In this document: positions 11,727-24,183 of the stretch, piece by piece
Layout of the letters: each line of letters starts with the position of its first letter
How positions within the stretch are numbered: the stretch's first letter is position 1
Origin: Campylobacterales bacterium
Lineage (GTDB): Bacteria > Campylobacterota > Campylobacteria > Campylobacterales > Sulfurimonadaceae
Direction of reading: 5' to 3'
Length of the DNA stretch: 64,000 nt
Assembly: GCA_038329855.1 (NCBI GenBank)
Contig: JBBQNL010000001.1
Coordinates: 562-64,561 of the forward strand
Program-made: the position numbers and the translations under genes
The notes under the pieces: model-generated
Seen by the model: only the letters and a program-made list of their open reading frames with translations
What the model was told of the DNA's origin: nothing
The model's database searches: none

Positions 11727-12644
11727 TTGCCCTTCGTCACCAAAAAACTGTGTGCCCCTACTCGTCAAAAAGCATTTTTATTTTTAATTAACGAGCTTGG
11801 ACTTTCACAAGCCGAAGCGCAACGCCTCATCGCAAAAGGACGGCTCACGCAAAACGGTGTCGTGATGAGCAATCAAGCGGGACTTATCGAAGGGGAGTTT
11901 GACTTTCTTATGTTTGAGCCCCTATCGCAAGGATTAAAGGCATCGTTTGTTGCTCCAAGTTTTGCTGTTTATGACAAACCAAGCGGTGTGCTCGTTCACC
12001 CCCAAAGTCGCAAAACCCCCTATTCTCTGAGCGATGAAATCAAACACGAGTTTGGCAGTGATGCTAACGTCGCGCACCGGATCGATCAAGAGACCAGCGG
12101 GCTTGTCCTTGCTTCTCGTAACAAGCAAGCCGAAACTGTTTTAAAATTGTTATTTGAAAACCGTCAAATCACCAAGCGTTATATGGCTATGGTGCACGGT
12201 CATTTGGAAAATGATTTAGACATTCAAGAGCCTCTCTTGCGCCGTGAAGACACCGATACTTTGGTAAGAATGGTGGTTAAAGTTCATCCTGAGGGAAAAG
12301 CTTCCCGTACCTATATTAAACCCATTCGCTATTTTCCGCAGCATAATATGACGCTCGTAGAGGCCTCTCCTTTTACAGGACGTACCCACCAAATACGGGT
12401 CCATTTGTTTCACGTGAAACATCCGATTGTCGGTGATCCCATCTATGGGCAAAACGAAACAGACATACGACGATTTTTAGACAAACTCTTGACCCCGCAA
12501 GAGAGGCTGGAGATGGGAGGGGCAACGCGATTGTTATTGCATGCTCACTCCTTGGAGTTTGATCACGAGGGGGAACACTATCATATTGTTTCAAAAGAGG
12601 ATTTCATTTCGACATGTTTCAAGGCGATGGGGATCGACCAATAA
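11727..12644 (+). CDS. RluA family pseudouridine synthase
   Basis: KPSG, HRIDQETSG, TGRTHQIRVH, GDPIYG and LHA motifs. Confidence 0.95.
   Translation: MPFVTKKLCAPTRQKAFLFLINELGLSQAEAQRLIAKGRLTQNGVVMSNQAGLIEGEFDFLMFEPLSQGLKASFVAPSFAVYDKPSGVLVHPQSRKTPYSLSDEIKHEFGSDANVAHRIDQETSGLVLASRNKQAETVLKLLFENRQITKRYMAMVHGHLENDLDIQEPLLRREDTDTLVRMVVKVHPEGKASRTYIKPIRYFPQHNMTLVEASPFTGRTHQIRVHLFHVKHPIVGDPIYGQNETDIRRFLDKLLTPQERLEMGGATRLLLHAHSLEFDHEGEHYHIVSKEDFISTCFKAMGIDQ
12406..12421. other. parS centromere site (perfect palindrome) inside the rluA CDS
   Basis: TGTTTCACGTGAAACA exact consensus, about 3 kb from dnaA. Confidence 0.92.
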
Positions 12645-12654
12645 AAAAGAACTT

Positions 12655-12750
12655 TCGTTCATGGTGAGTTCAAGGAAACATCGCTTCGCGAGCGGTACCC
12701 TTGTTTTGTTGAACCATGGATTCACCCTTCGACTAGTTCAGGGCGAACGG
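12655..12750. repeat. REP-like palindromic element with a nested insertion
   Basis: CGTTCATGGTGAG...GAACCATG...CCCTTCGACTAGTTCAGGGCGAACG, interrupted by CAAGG...GTACCCTTG. Confidence 0.7.
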
Positions 12751-12757
12751 AACGGTG

Positions 12758-14479
12758 TTATACTTCTCTCATATATCTTTGACGTTTTGCCTCTTTTATT
12801 TTCCGTATATCGACCATTATATAGCCATCAATACAATTGTTAAAATCAACATCGATACCGAAATCGATAAATTCGACACCCCCCTCTTCGCACAATTCCG
12901 TGTATTGTTTATAGAGGGTTGGGACACTCAGATCAAACGACTTCAGATAGTTTTTTAATCGGCGAAAATCTTCATCGTAATCGTCACCTTTAAAAAAATC
13001 GGTGAATTCTGCTTGAACAAACTCTGAAAGCTGATACGGCGACTTAGCCCTGAGCATCGTATAGTTGCTTCCAAAATAGTGAGAATAAAAATAAACAAGG
13101 GCGTCCTGAGCATTTTTAGGGAAATTACCCGATATGCTTACCGGTCCGATCATGTATTTTATCTGCGGATTATGGCTCAAATAGGCCCCGATTCCCTGCC
13201 ACAAATAATCCAATGCTCGGCTTCCCCAATATTTTGGCTGAACAAAACTGCGACCCAGTTCAATCGCATCCTCAAGAATCGGATCAAAGTTGTCATGGAT
13301 ATCGCACAGCTCATTGAGATACAGCCCCTCTTTTCCAAGCCATGAGAGTATCCATCCGCACTCCCCGATCCGATAGGCTCCTACAACTTCAAGCTCATCA
13401 TCATCCCACAAAACAAGATGGTGATAATAGCGATCATACCCGTCAATGTCACATGACTTTCCGCTCCCCTCCCCCACTTTACGAAATGAATATTCTCTCA
13501 ACCTACCGATTTCATTAATCAGGTTTGGAGCGCTATCATGTTCAATCAAATAGATTTGTTTGTTGTCACTTGTCACTCCCAATCGTTCCCCACTTTTTAA
13601 TTCCTGACGAATATCTTGGCGTGATACGGGATGAACGATGGAGCGCTCGGTTGGATAGATGCCGATTTTCCCTTTTGACAAACGCAAAACATGTTTGCGA
13701 AATAACCTAGCATGATGTTTATCACTCATTCCTGAATCGTTGAATGCACGCGGTGGCACCATTTCCCCTACCTTAAAGTCGAAGATCTGATTTTTCGCAG
13801 CAAACATCTCATGACTGAGCAAAAGGGTTCCTAGAGGCTTATAGAGCCATGAGGCGGCATAAAAGAGTGAGCTGTTTCGTGCTTTGATAAATATAGGCAA
13901 GATTGGTGTGGAATTACGTTTTGCAAATCGGACAAATCCCCCCTTCCAAATACTCTCTTTAATTCCGAATAATCCGGCTCGTGATACTTCACCGCTTGGG
14001 AAAAATATCACAGCCTCTTCTGCTTGGAGCGCCGCATCAATTTGTCGTAATGAATGTTTGGGAATTTTATCATGAATGTTATCAACGCTGATAATAAATT
14101 CTTTGAGCTGTGGCAGTGAACTGAGCATTTTGTTGGCTACAATTTTTACTTTCTTATCGGATCGGACGCTGCATACCATTTGGATGAGAGACAGTGCATC
14201 CAAAGCACCCAATGGATGGTTGGCAACAATAATAACTTTTCCGATTACGGGAATATTTTCGATTTCATTATGAATGACTTTATACGAAACATTTAGATGT
14301 TTTAAAACGGCATGGATAAAATCCAATCCGCTTTTTGTCTCATGAATTTTCATAAAATGATTAATCGAATTTTCACGCACAACCAAACGGGTAAACCCCA
14401 CAATCGTTTTAGAAAAAATTTCAGGAAATTTAAATAGGGATGGATGTTCTTTTTTAAGAAGCATTTCTACATTGACCAT
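12758..14479 (-). CDS. olsF: bifunctional PlsC-type acyltransferase / GNAT N-acyltransferase; ornithine lipid synthase OlsF-like
   Basis: N-terminal NHPLGALD (HxxxxD) and FPSGEV; C-terminal IGRLRE.SFR.VGEG, VGAYR, ELGRSFV, LWQGIG, PTLYKQY. This two-domain architecture is that of OlsF. Confidence 0.8.
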   Translation of the reverse strand: MVNVEMLLKKEHPSLFKFPEIFSKTIVGFTRLVVRENSINHFMKIHETKSGLDFIHAVLKHLNVSYKVIHNEIENIPVIGKVIIVANHPLGALDALSLIQMVCSVRSDKKVKIVANKMLSSLPQLKEFIISVDNIHDKIPKHSLRQIDAALQAEEAVIFFPSGEVSRAGLFGIKESIWKGGFVRFAKRNSTPILPIFIKARNSSLFYAASWLYKPLGTLLLSHEMFAAKNQIFDFKVGEMVPPRAFNDSGMSDKHHARLFRKHVLRLSKGKIGIYPTERSIVHPVSRQDIRQELKSGERLGVTSDNKQIYLIEHDSAPNLINEIGRLREYSFRKVGEGSGKSCDIDGYDRYYHHLVLWDDDELEVVGAYRIGECGWILSWLGKEGLYLNELCDIHDNFDPILEDAIELGRSFVQPKYWGSRALDYLWQGIGAYLSHNPQIKYMIGPVSISGNFPKNAQDALVYFYSHYFGSNYTMLRAKSPYQLSEFVQAEFTDFFKGDDYDEDFRRLKNYLKSFDLSVPTLYKQYTELCEEGGVEFIDFGIDVDFNNCIDGYIMVDIRKIKEAKRQRYMREV

Positions 14480-14511
14480 AATCGACACCTTTAAATGGGC
14501 TAGAATATGGC

Positions 14512-14565
14512 ATGGTAGAATATGTGAATTTCAATTGTGTTACACAGGTATTACCACTTGATTAC
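14512..14565 (-). promoter_or_regulatory. putative PhoB-dependent promoter (pho boxes) of olsF
   Basis: Minus strand GTAAT(14565), GTAAT(14554), GTAAC(14543), GAAAT(14532) at 11-bp period; -10 TACCAT starts at 14517. Confidence 0.75.
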
Positions 14566-14585
14566 AGTGATCAAATCGTTACTAA

Positions 14586-14805
14586 TGTGAATAACTTTTT
14601 ATAACATTGACTTAATCATAACTGAAATCATTATAATTCATAAAAAGTCTCTTTAAACCCCCTATTTTAGGGCTCTCAAACAAATTTGTCATCTTTTATA
14701 TTCAGGATAGATTTATCTAAATTATTTCTTAAATAAGTAAAAACTATAGGAATAATAACCTAAAAATTTCTTCCTTTATTCACATCTCGCTCACAGTGTG
14801 AATAT
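14586..14805. other. additional DnaA-box cluster downstream of ruvC
   Basis: TGTGAATAA 14586, TTATTCACA 14776, TCGCTCACA 14787, TGTGAATAT 14797 in very AT-rich DNA. Confidence 0.6.
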
Positions 14806-14947
14806 TACACATTTATCAAAAAAAATAATGATTTTTCTCTATTTCAAATAAATTTAAGCCTTTTATTTTTAAATACACAATTTTTGTTTAATTGTTATTA
14901 CAACTCAAAAAAATTAAGCCTCTCTAAGACTCTTTCGATACACTTCT

Positions 14948-14985
14948 AAACAAGCGGTCTCCCTGGTGTGTTGACCGTTTGCTTT
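14948..14985. terminator. hairpin: ruvC terminator and/or tiny sRNA
   Basis: CAAGCGGTC-loop(TCCCTGGTGTGTT)-GACCGTTTG with T-rich flanks on both strands. Confidence 0.55.
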
Positions 14986-15481
14986 ACTTTTCTCTGCTTT
15001 TTTGATTGATTTCCAACTTTACTCTTTGAGCATGTGTTATTGCTACGGCCATCGCATCGGTTATATCCAGCGGTTTTATCTCTTTGGTTATCCCCAAAAT
15101 TTGTTTTACCATAAATGCCACTTGCTCTTTTGCTGCTTTAGCTTTTCCCGTAAGAGATTTTTTGACTTGCAGTGCCGTGTATTCTGCAAACATTCCATGC
15201 TCCTGTAAAATCTTAAGCATGATCGCTCCTCGAAATTGCGCCAGCTTTAAAACTGTTTTGGGATTATGCGCATAAAATATATCCTCCATCGCGACTTCAT
15301 CAATGGTATGCGTTTTAAAAAGCTGTTCCAAGGCCTCAACCATTTGTGGTATTTGATATTGCAGTCCCTCGCTCTTCATTTTAATGAGTCCCGCTTCGAT
15401 AAGGCGAAATTTTTGCCCCTCAATTTTAACCAACGCATATCCGCAATTTCGTGTCCCGGGGTCAATACCTAATATTGTCAT
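14984..15481 (-). CDS. ruvC: Holliday junction resolvase
   Basis: ILGIDPG, E, and KEQV...DITDAMAVA motifs. Confidence 0.97.
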   Translation of the reverse strand: MTILGIDPGTRNCGYALVKIEGQKFRLIEAGLIKMKSEGLQYQIPQMVEALEQLFKTHTIDEVAMEDIFYAHNPKTVLKLAQFRGAIMLKILQEHGMFAEYTALQVKKSLTGKAKAAKEQVAFMVKQILGITKEIKPLDITDAMAVAITHAQRVKLEINQKSREK

Positions 15482-15606
15482 TTTATTTCACACCCATTAT
15501 TTAGTTATTCACATCAGTGAATAAAGATATTCACATTAATTTTATCCCTAATTATAGGCAAATATTGCTATTATTCGAAACACTATTCACATAGATGAGG
15601 ATATAA
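15482..15606. other. oriC1 (DnaA-box cluster, dnaA promoter region)
   Basis: TTATTCACA 15505, AGTGAATAA 15517, ATATTCACA 15527, CTATTCACA 15583; the ruvC-dnaA-dnaN context is typical of the bipartite Campylobacterota oriC. Confidence 0.85.
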
Positions 15607-16941
15607 ATGAATAATATTGGCAGTATGGTATTGCAAATGCTAAAAAATGAAATCAATGAAGTCGATTATCAGCGCTACATCAAACAGCTTCACTACAACG
15701 AAGAAGAATCCAAAAGCAATTTAGCCATTTTTATTGCCCCTAATCCATTGATAGCCAACTGGATACGAACCAAATATGCCGATAAAATATCCCATCTGTT
15801 TGAAATTAAAACGGGAGTAAAGCCTGCTGTCAGTATCTTAATAAAAGCGGCCGCTTCGCAGGCGCAAGCTGCCACCTCTTCAACCGTCACCGTATTACAC
15901 AACGATAAAATCCCCCAAGCCCTTTTAAATCCTTCTTATACTTTTCAAAATTTTGTCGTCGGGGGATCCAATAATTTTGCCTTCGTCGCGGCAAAAAATG
16001 TGAGTGAAAAACCGGGTATCGTGTACAATCCCCTCTTTATCTACGGTGGGGTCGGATTGGGTAAAACCCACTTGATGCAAGCAGTGGGAAATGTGATGCT
16101 CGCGCAAGGCAAAACGGTTATTTATACCTCTGTGGAACAATTTCTGAATGATTTTTCACGCCATCTCAGCAATCGAACAATGGACAGGTTCAAAGATAAA
16201 TACCGTAAATGTGATCTCTTGCTTATCGATGATATACAATTTTTAAGCGGAAAAAATCAAATCCAAGAAGAATTTTTTCATACCTTTGAAGCGTTACGAA
16301 ATGAAAATAAGCAAATTATCATCACCTCAGACAAACACCCTAAAAAAATTGGCGGTTTGGAAGAACGTCTCAAAAGCCGTTTTGAATGGGGTTTGGTTGC
16401 CGATATACAGCCTCCAGAGCTTGAAACAAAAATCGAGATTATCAAGAAAAAATGTGAAATCAACCGTGTCAAACTCGATCGCGACGTCATCAACTATGTT
16501 GCAACGATTATTGAAAACAATACACGCGAAATTGAGGGGATACTCTCGAAACTCAATGCTTATTCCCAGCTTATGGGAGTTGATATCAACATCGAATTTG
16601 CACGCAACGTTTTAAAAGAACAAATGGCCGAAAAACGGATCAATATCACCATTGATACCATTGTGGAAATTGTTTCCAAAGAACTCAATGTCAAATCCAG
16701 TGAAATTCGCTCAAAAAGCCGAAACAGCGGTATTGTGTATGCAAGACGAATCGCTATATATCTCTCTCGCAATCTAACTCCAAACTCAATGCCGCAACTG
16801 GCTCACTATTTTGGAATGAAAGATCATACGGCAGTCAGTCATACCATGAAAAAAATTCAAGAAATTATGAAAAATGATGAAGATTTCAAAATAAAGGTCG
16901 ATGAACTTTCCAATAAAATTTCTGCAATGACCCAAGAGTAA
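15607..16941 (+). CDS. dnaA: chromosomal replication initiator
   Basis: YNPLFIYGGVGLGKTHL, DDIQF, RFEWG and domain IV DHTAV. Confidence 0.99.
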   Translation: MNNIGSMVLQMLKNEINEVDYQRYIKQLHYNEEESKSNLAIFIAPNPLIANWIRTKYADKISHLFEIKTGVKPAVSILIKAAASQAQAATSSTVTVLHNDKIPQALLNPSYTFQNFVVGGSNNFAFVAAKNVSEKPGIVYNPLFIYGGVGLGKTHLMQAVGNVMLAQGKTVIYTSVEQFLNDFSRHLSNRTMDRFKDKYRKCDLLLIDDIQFLSGKNQIQEEFFHTFEALRNENKQIIITSDKHPKKIGGLEERLKSRFEWGLVADIQPPELETKIEIIKKKCEINRVKLDRDVINYVATIIENNTREIEGILSKLNAYSQLMGVDINIEFARNVLKEQMAEKRINITIDTIVEIVSKELNVKSSEIRSKSRNSGIVYARRIAIYLSRNLTPNSMPQLAHYFGMKDHTAVSHTMKKIQEIMKNDEDFKIKVDELSNKISAMTQE

Positions 16942-17129
16942 AATTATTGTTGTAATGGAATTTTAAAAAAGCTATAATTCGTAAAGAGTGAATAAGTGTG
17001 AATGAAATAAAAATGTTCATCACATCAATTCAACCCTGTCGTAAGGGCTTAGATGTGCTTTTTCACACATTCACACCCCCTTATTACTACTATTACAATT
17101 ACTTACTTATAAATAATAAGGAACTCATA
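16942..17129. other. oriC2 with DnaA boxes, GC cluster, DnaA-trios and AT-rich DUE
   Basis: AGTGAATAA and TGTGAATGA, then tandem TTTTTCACA/CATTCACA, CCCCC, TAT TAC TAC TAT TAC trinucleotide run and an AT-rich tract. Confidence 0.88.
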
Positions 17130-18197
17130 ATGAAAATGACCATTGAAAAATCGGTATTGGAAAATATCTTGCTCCATCTGCAACCCTTTTTGGAAAAAAA
17201 AGATACCTCTCAAATTACCTCGCATATTTGCATCAGTACCGATGGACGAACACTGAGTGCAAAAGCAACCGATTTTGAAATAGGTCTTGCCTTGCAAACC
17301 CATGCACATACAGTGGAAGAACCCGGATCTATCACTGCCAATGGAAAAAAATTGCTGGATATTGTTCGTATTTTAAAAGATGAAGAGATAGAACTAGAAC
17401 TCGTTAAAGAAAATCTGCATATACGTCAAAAACGGTCAAACTTTAAACTTCCAACTTATAAAAGTACCGAATTCCCAGCCTTTCCATCAATTGAAGGCAA
17501 ACCCAATATTGCTATTAACTCTCAGCTTTTAATCGAATCTCTTAAAAAAATCACCCCATCAGCCGATACCAACAATCCAAAATTCGAACTCAACGGTGCA
17601 TTGATTGATATTAAAAGCAATCAAATCAATTTTGTTTCAACCGATACTAGACGTCTTGCTTTGGTTCATATCGATAACGTGAACGAAGAAGAACTCTCCA
17701 TTATCGTTCCTAAAAAAGCAATGATCGAAATACAAAAACTTTTTCCCGATAACATCGAAATTTATTATGACAATACCCATTTGATTATAAAATCCGAAAA
17801 TTCCCTCTTTTTTACTAAACTCATTAATGGCAAATTTCCAGATTATTCCCGTATTATCCCAAAAGAAGCAGCACGAACCATTGTTTTACCCAAAACACTT
17901 ATTATCTCGGCCATTAAACAAATTACAACGATCTCCAATGACCTAAAACTGACATTTACGCATGATTCTATTTTATTTGAAAGTTTAAGTGATGACAATA
18001 TCGAAGCAAAAACAGCCATAGAAATAGAAAATGGATTCGATTCCCCTTTTATTTTAGCCATAAACAGCCGTTATATTTTAGATTTTTTAAGTCAAGTCAC
18101 GACAAATGAATTCACTCTCGAAGCCAATGAATCCAATCAGCCTTTTGTTCTAAAAAGCGATAATTTTAAAACGATCGTTATGCCGATTGTTATTTAA
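17130..18197 (+). CDS. dnaN: DNA polymerase III beta clamp
   Basis: ATDFE, STDTRRL, GKFPDY, VMPI motifs; AAGGA RBS before the ATG at 17130. Confidence 0.98.
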   Translation: MKMTIEKSVLENILLHLQPFLEKKDTSQITSHICISTDGRTLSAKATDFEIGLALQTHAHTVEEPGSITANGKKLLDIVRILKDEEIELELVKENLHIRQKRSNFKLPTYKSTEFPAFPSIEGKPNIAINSQLLIESLKKITPSADTNNPKFELNGALIDIKSNQINFVSTDTRRLALVHIDNVNEEELSIIVPKKAMIEIQKLFPDNIEIYYDNTHLIIKSENSLFFTKLINGKFPDYSRIIPKEAARTIVLPKTLIISAIKQITTISNDLKLTFTHDSILFESLSDDNIEAKTAIEIENGFDSPFILAINSRYILDFLSQVTTNEFTLEANESNQPFVLKSDNFKTIVMPIVI

Positions 18198-18203
18198 ACG
18201 CTA

Positions 18204-18278
18204 ATAGGAACACATCCCTATAAGCTACGTTAACACTGGGTTTTCTTCAGCAGAAAGCTCATGTGCAGTAAACCGCAC
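18204..18278 (+). repeat. composite hairpin / GTAG-REP element, copy 1
   Basis: Homologous to 35728-35788, 36797-36853 and 45923-46001. Confidence 0.75.
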
Positions 18279-18330
18279 AGAACGTCCCAGATAAATTTTC
18301 CCCCCTATTTTGATAAAATTTCCTTTTTAG

Positions 18331-20697
<2,367 letters not shown>

Positions 20698-20703
20698 GCG
20701 TTA

Positions 20704-22116
20704 ATGTCTTTTTATACGGAGGAAAAAGAACGCTCTCATCGCTTTGTTTTAGCACTGCGTATGGGTTTGCCCATCTTTTTGCTTAGCGTTGTCAGTTTGA
20801 TAATCCTTTTTTTAGAACCTGAATCGACCATTTTATCGGTCATTTTTCTCTCATTCATACTATTAGCTACTGCGGTTTATTTTTTATTCTTTTTAATCAA
20901 TCAAAGTACATATGAAGCCATCACCGATTCAACAACCCATACCTTTACCAATGACTATTTCATGAAATTTTATTACCGTTGGTATAAGCATCAGACCAAA
21001 ACAGTTGTGATGATCAGTGTAAATAATTTGGCCGGGATTAACGAGAAGTACGGGGTAAAAAACGGTGATATTGTTTTAATAGAGACGTTGAGGCATATTA
21101 ATGAATTTTTTGCTTCCAAAGGTATTAAAAAGCTCCCCGTCTGCCGCTACAAAGGGGGAGATATTATTTTTCTCATACGCGGTGAAAAAGAAAAAAATAA
21201 CGCTCTTATTGAACTTTTTTTAGCCAAATATAAAAATAATACCATTAATGAGATGGAAGTAAATCTTTCTTGTGTCTTTTTGGATACGAAATACGTCAAA
21301 AAATATGAAGAGGTAATAACCCGTCTCTATGAACTCCAATACGCATATAAAGAAGATGAGAACAGTGTTGACAATGATAATGTTTTCCCTGCACGGCTTG
21401 AAGAATCGGTTTTAGAAGCATTTAATGCAAGACGATTTTCAATTGCTCTGCAAGAAATTGTCGGCGACAAAGAGCGAATGTACGAAACCGTCTTCAAGCT
21501 TATCGACAACAAAGGGGTACTGATTCACCAAAGCCGATTTATCCCCCTGTTAAACCGTTTGGGCAAAATGCGTGAATATGAAGAACGGCTTTTGGAAATG
21601 GTCGTAAAATTAAGCGCCGGGGGAAATGAGAATTATATCGTTAGCCTCTCTCCGGTTACACTGCGTAACGGATTGTTTTTTAATTATGCACTTGAACTGC
21701 TGCAGCATTATCCCAACGCAAAAAACAAGATCGTTCTTTTGTTTGAAGAAAAAGAGTATTCGCCGCAAATGAAACGATTTCGCGAACAAATTGCCCAATA
21801 CCGAGCAGTCGGGTATAAAATTGGGTTGGATAAATACGGCGGAAATACCACGACTATGATGTATCTCAAAGAGTTTCCTGTCGATTTTGCCCGTTTTGAT
21901 CCCCTGTTTCCCCGTCACATCAGAGAAGAAAAATATCAAAATATTCTACAAGGACTGAATATTGCTGCCCATTTGTGCGGCGCGCTTACGTGGATCAACA
22001 TGGTAGAAGATGAAGAAAGCGATGAGATAGCACAACAATTGAAAATTAACTATCGACAGGGTAATTTTCTCGGTAAAATTAGAGTCTTAGATCCACAACA
22101 AGGAAAAATACTATGA
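20704..22116 (+). CDS. membrane protein with degenerate GGDEF and EAL domains
   Basis: Two N-terminal TM segments; INEKYG..GD but YKGGDI in place of GGDEF; ETV in place of EAL; LDKYG in place of DDFG. Confidence 0.8.
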   Translation: MSFYTEEKERSHRFVLALRMGLPIFLLSVVSLIILFLEPESTILSVIFLSFILLATAVYFLFFLINQSTYEAITDSTTHTFTNDYFMKFYYRWYKHQTKTVVMISVNNLAGINEKYGVKNGDIVLIETLRHINEFFASKGIKKLPVCRYKGGDIIFLIRGEKEKNNALIELFLAKYKNNTINEMEVNLSCVFLDTKYVKKYEEVITRLYELQYAYKEDENSVDNDNVFPARLEESVLEAFNARRFSIALQEIVGDKERMYETVFKLIDNKGVLIHQSRFIPLLNRLGKMREYEERLLEMVVKLSAGGNENYIVSLSPVTLRNGLFFNYALELLQHYPNAKNKIVLLFEEKEYSPQMKRFREQIAQYRAVGYKIGLDKYGGNTTTMMYLKEFPVDFARFDPLFPRHIREEKYQNILQGLNIAAHLCGALTWINMVEDEESDEIAQQLKINYRQGNFLGKIRVLDPQQGKIL

Positions 22117-22532
22117 AATACGGAGAACAAATCGTAGCCGATTTTGATACAGAAAAAGATTTTGAGATTTGGCCCAATGCCCATGAGCGTGATTACGTCG
22201 TCAAAGTAACTTTGCCGGAGTTCACATGTTTGTGTCCTCGCAGCGGATATCCTGATTTTGCAACGATTTCGATTGAATACACACCAGATAAATGGGTGGC
22301 AGAACTTAAGGCTATCAAGTTGTATATTAATTCGTTCAGAAACCGTCATATTTCGCACGAAAACAGTGCAAACGAGATCTATAGCCTTTTTGAGGATAAA
22401 ATCGCTCCTAAGCGCTTAAAAGTTGTTGCCGATTTTTATCCCAGAGGCAATGTTCATACGGTCATTGAGATTGATAGCGAAGTCAAGGTGAGCAGTAAAG
22501 AAGAGAAAAAGAAAGTTACAAAGAAGAAATAA
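22113..22532 (+). CDS. queF: preQ1 synthase (7-cyano-7-deazaguanine reductase)
   Basis: EFTCLCPRSGYPDFA, ELKAIKLY, HE and RG motifs. Confidence 0.96.
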   Translation: MKYGEQIVADFDTEKDFEIWPNAHERDYVVKVTLPEFTCLCPRSGYPDFATISIEYTPDKWVAELKAIKLYINSFRNRHISHENSANEIYSLFEDKIAPKRLKVVADFYPRGNVHTVIEIDSEVKVSSKEEKKKVTKKK

Positions 22533-22550
22533 AAGGGAAAAGACCCTTTT
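22531..22550. terminator. bidirectional terminator between queF and pstB
   Basis: AAAAGGG-AAAAGA-CCCTTTT. Confidence 0.6.
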
Positions 22551-22551
22551 A

Positions 22552-23337
22552 TCAACCAAACTTGCCGGTGATGTATTCCTGGGTCAGTTTTTCTTTTGGA
22601 GTAACGAAAAGATTTTCAGTAACACCCAGTTCAATCAATTCCCCTAAATACATAAAGCCTGTATAGTCACTTACTCGCGCGGCTTGCTGCATATTATGGG
22701 TGACGATGATGATGCTGACGCGCTCTTTGAGCTCGATGACCAGACGCTCAATCCCTTGGGTTGAGATGGGGTCAAGCGCCGAGGTAGGTTCGTCGAAGAG
22801 CAATACTTCCGGCTCTACGGCGATGGCGCGAGCGATACACAGGCGCTGTTGCTGACCACCTGAGAGACCATTCGCATCATTTTTAAGACGATCGCTGACC
22901 TCTTTCCAGATAGCGGCATCTTGGAGTGCTTTTTCGACACGGTCTTTTAGCTCAGTTTTATTTTTGATCCCCTGAAGACGCAACCCGTACGCAACGTTGT
23001 CAAAAATGGACATCGGAAACGCCGTCGGTTTTTGGAAGATCATCCCGATTTTGGTACGAAGGTGGATCAAATCCTCTTTCGGGGTCAAAATATTGCGCCC
23101 TTCGAACTCTATCTCGCCTGAATATTTATTTCCAGGATACAAATCATGCATTCGGTTGAATGAGCGAAGGAGGGTTGTTTTGCCGCATCCTGAGGGTCCA
23201 ATGAGTGCCGTAACCGAGTTTTTTGCGATGGGCATCGTTATTTTTTTCAAGCTAGGTTCCGGTGCACCCTTGTAGGTGAATTCAAAATCTCGAACTTGGA
23301 GAGCACACTCTTCTTTGATATCGATAATACTTGGCAT
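22552..23337 (-). CDS. pstB: phosphate ABC transporter ATPase
   Basis: [41 protein letters not shown]. Confidence 0.97.
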   Translation of the reverse strand: MPSIIDIKEECALQVRDFEFTYKGAPEPSLKKITMPIAKNSVTALIGPSGCGKTTLLRSFNRMHDLYPGNKYSGEIEFEGRNILTPKEDLIHLRTKIGMIFQKPTAFPMSIFDNVAYGLRLQGIKNKTELKDRVEKALQDAAIWKEVSDRLKNDANGLSGGQQQRLCIARAIAVEPEVLLFDEPTSALDPISTQGIERLVIELKERVSIIIVTHNMQQAARVSDYTGFMYLGELIELGVTENLFVTPKEKLTQEYITGKFG

Positions 23338-23340
23338 AAA

Positions 23341-24183
23341 TTATTTCCTTTTTCCAGCTAATAAAATAAGTCGTCCCACAATATTGAGACCCAAAATGAA
23401 CATTGAGAGAATAAATGCCGCTGCCCATCCCATCTGCTGCCAATCCTCATAGGGGCTAGTGGCGTAGTTGAACATGGTAACGGTAAGGGAGGGCATCGCT
23501 TCGTTAAGATCGGTGGTGAAAAAGTTGTCATTAAACGAAGTAAAGAGCAACGGTGCCGTCTCACCGGCTACGCGGGCAATTCCCAGCAATACGCCGGTCA
23601 AAATACCGGCTTTTGCACCACGATAGACCACGCTTAAAATAACTTTGTACTTCGGAGCTCCCAGCGCAAATGCCGCCTCACGAAGTGTTCCGGGTACGAG
23701 CTGAAGCATATCGTCGGTGGTCCGTAAAATAATAGGGATCATGATGATGGCCAAGGCAATGGCTCCGGCCCAGGCGCTGAAGTGTCCCATGGGCATAACA
23801 ATGATGGCATAAACAAACGCTCCGATAACGATCGAAGGCGCCGACATCATAATATCGCTGATATCTCGGATGGTGTGAGCCAGCTTGGAGTTTTTGCCGT
23901 ATTCACTCAAATAGGTCCCGGCCAAAATACCCAAAGGGACACCGACCGAGGTTGCAAGGCCTACCAAGATCAATTGACCCACAAGGGCGTGTTTGAGACC
24001 GCTGTCTTCGTATCCCGGAGGGGCCCCTTCGAAGATAAAGATATTCCAGTTCAAAGCGGATACCCCTTTCATCACCAAAACGCCTAAAATCCAAAATAAA
24101 AAGCCTAACGCAATGAGTGCACTCAGCGTTGAAAAGGCCAGCGCAATTTTATTGATAACGATCCGTTTTTGTACCGCGGTCAT
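23341..24183 (-). CDS. pstA: phosphate ABC transporter permease
   Basis: PSIVIG, REAAFALGA and ARVAGETAPL motifs. Confidence 0.96.
   Translation of the reverse strand: MTAVQKRIVINKIALAFSTLSALIALGFLFWILGVLVMKGVSALNWNIFIFEGAPPGYEDSGLKHALVGQLILVGLATSVGVPLGILAGTYLSEYGKNSKLAHTIRDISDIMMSAPSIVIGAFVYAIIVMPMGHFSAWAGAIALAIIMIPIILRTTDDMLQLVPGTLREAAFALGAPKYKVILSVVYRGAKAGILTGVLLGIARVAGETAPLLFTSFNDNFFTTDLNEAMPSLTVTMFNYATSPYEDWQQMGWAAAFILSMFILGLNIVGRLILLAGKRK

Noticed and set aside
14955-14975. TCCCTGGTGTGTTG recalls the start of some 6S RNAs
   Set aside because: It closes into a local short hairpin and leaves no room for a roughly 180-nt rod before ruvC.
16998-17129. N-terminal extension of dnaN (PPYYYYYNY) in the ORF track
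   Set aside because: It is a translation of the oriC2 boxes and DnaA-trios; the RBS supports the ATG at 17130.
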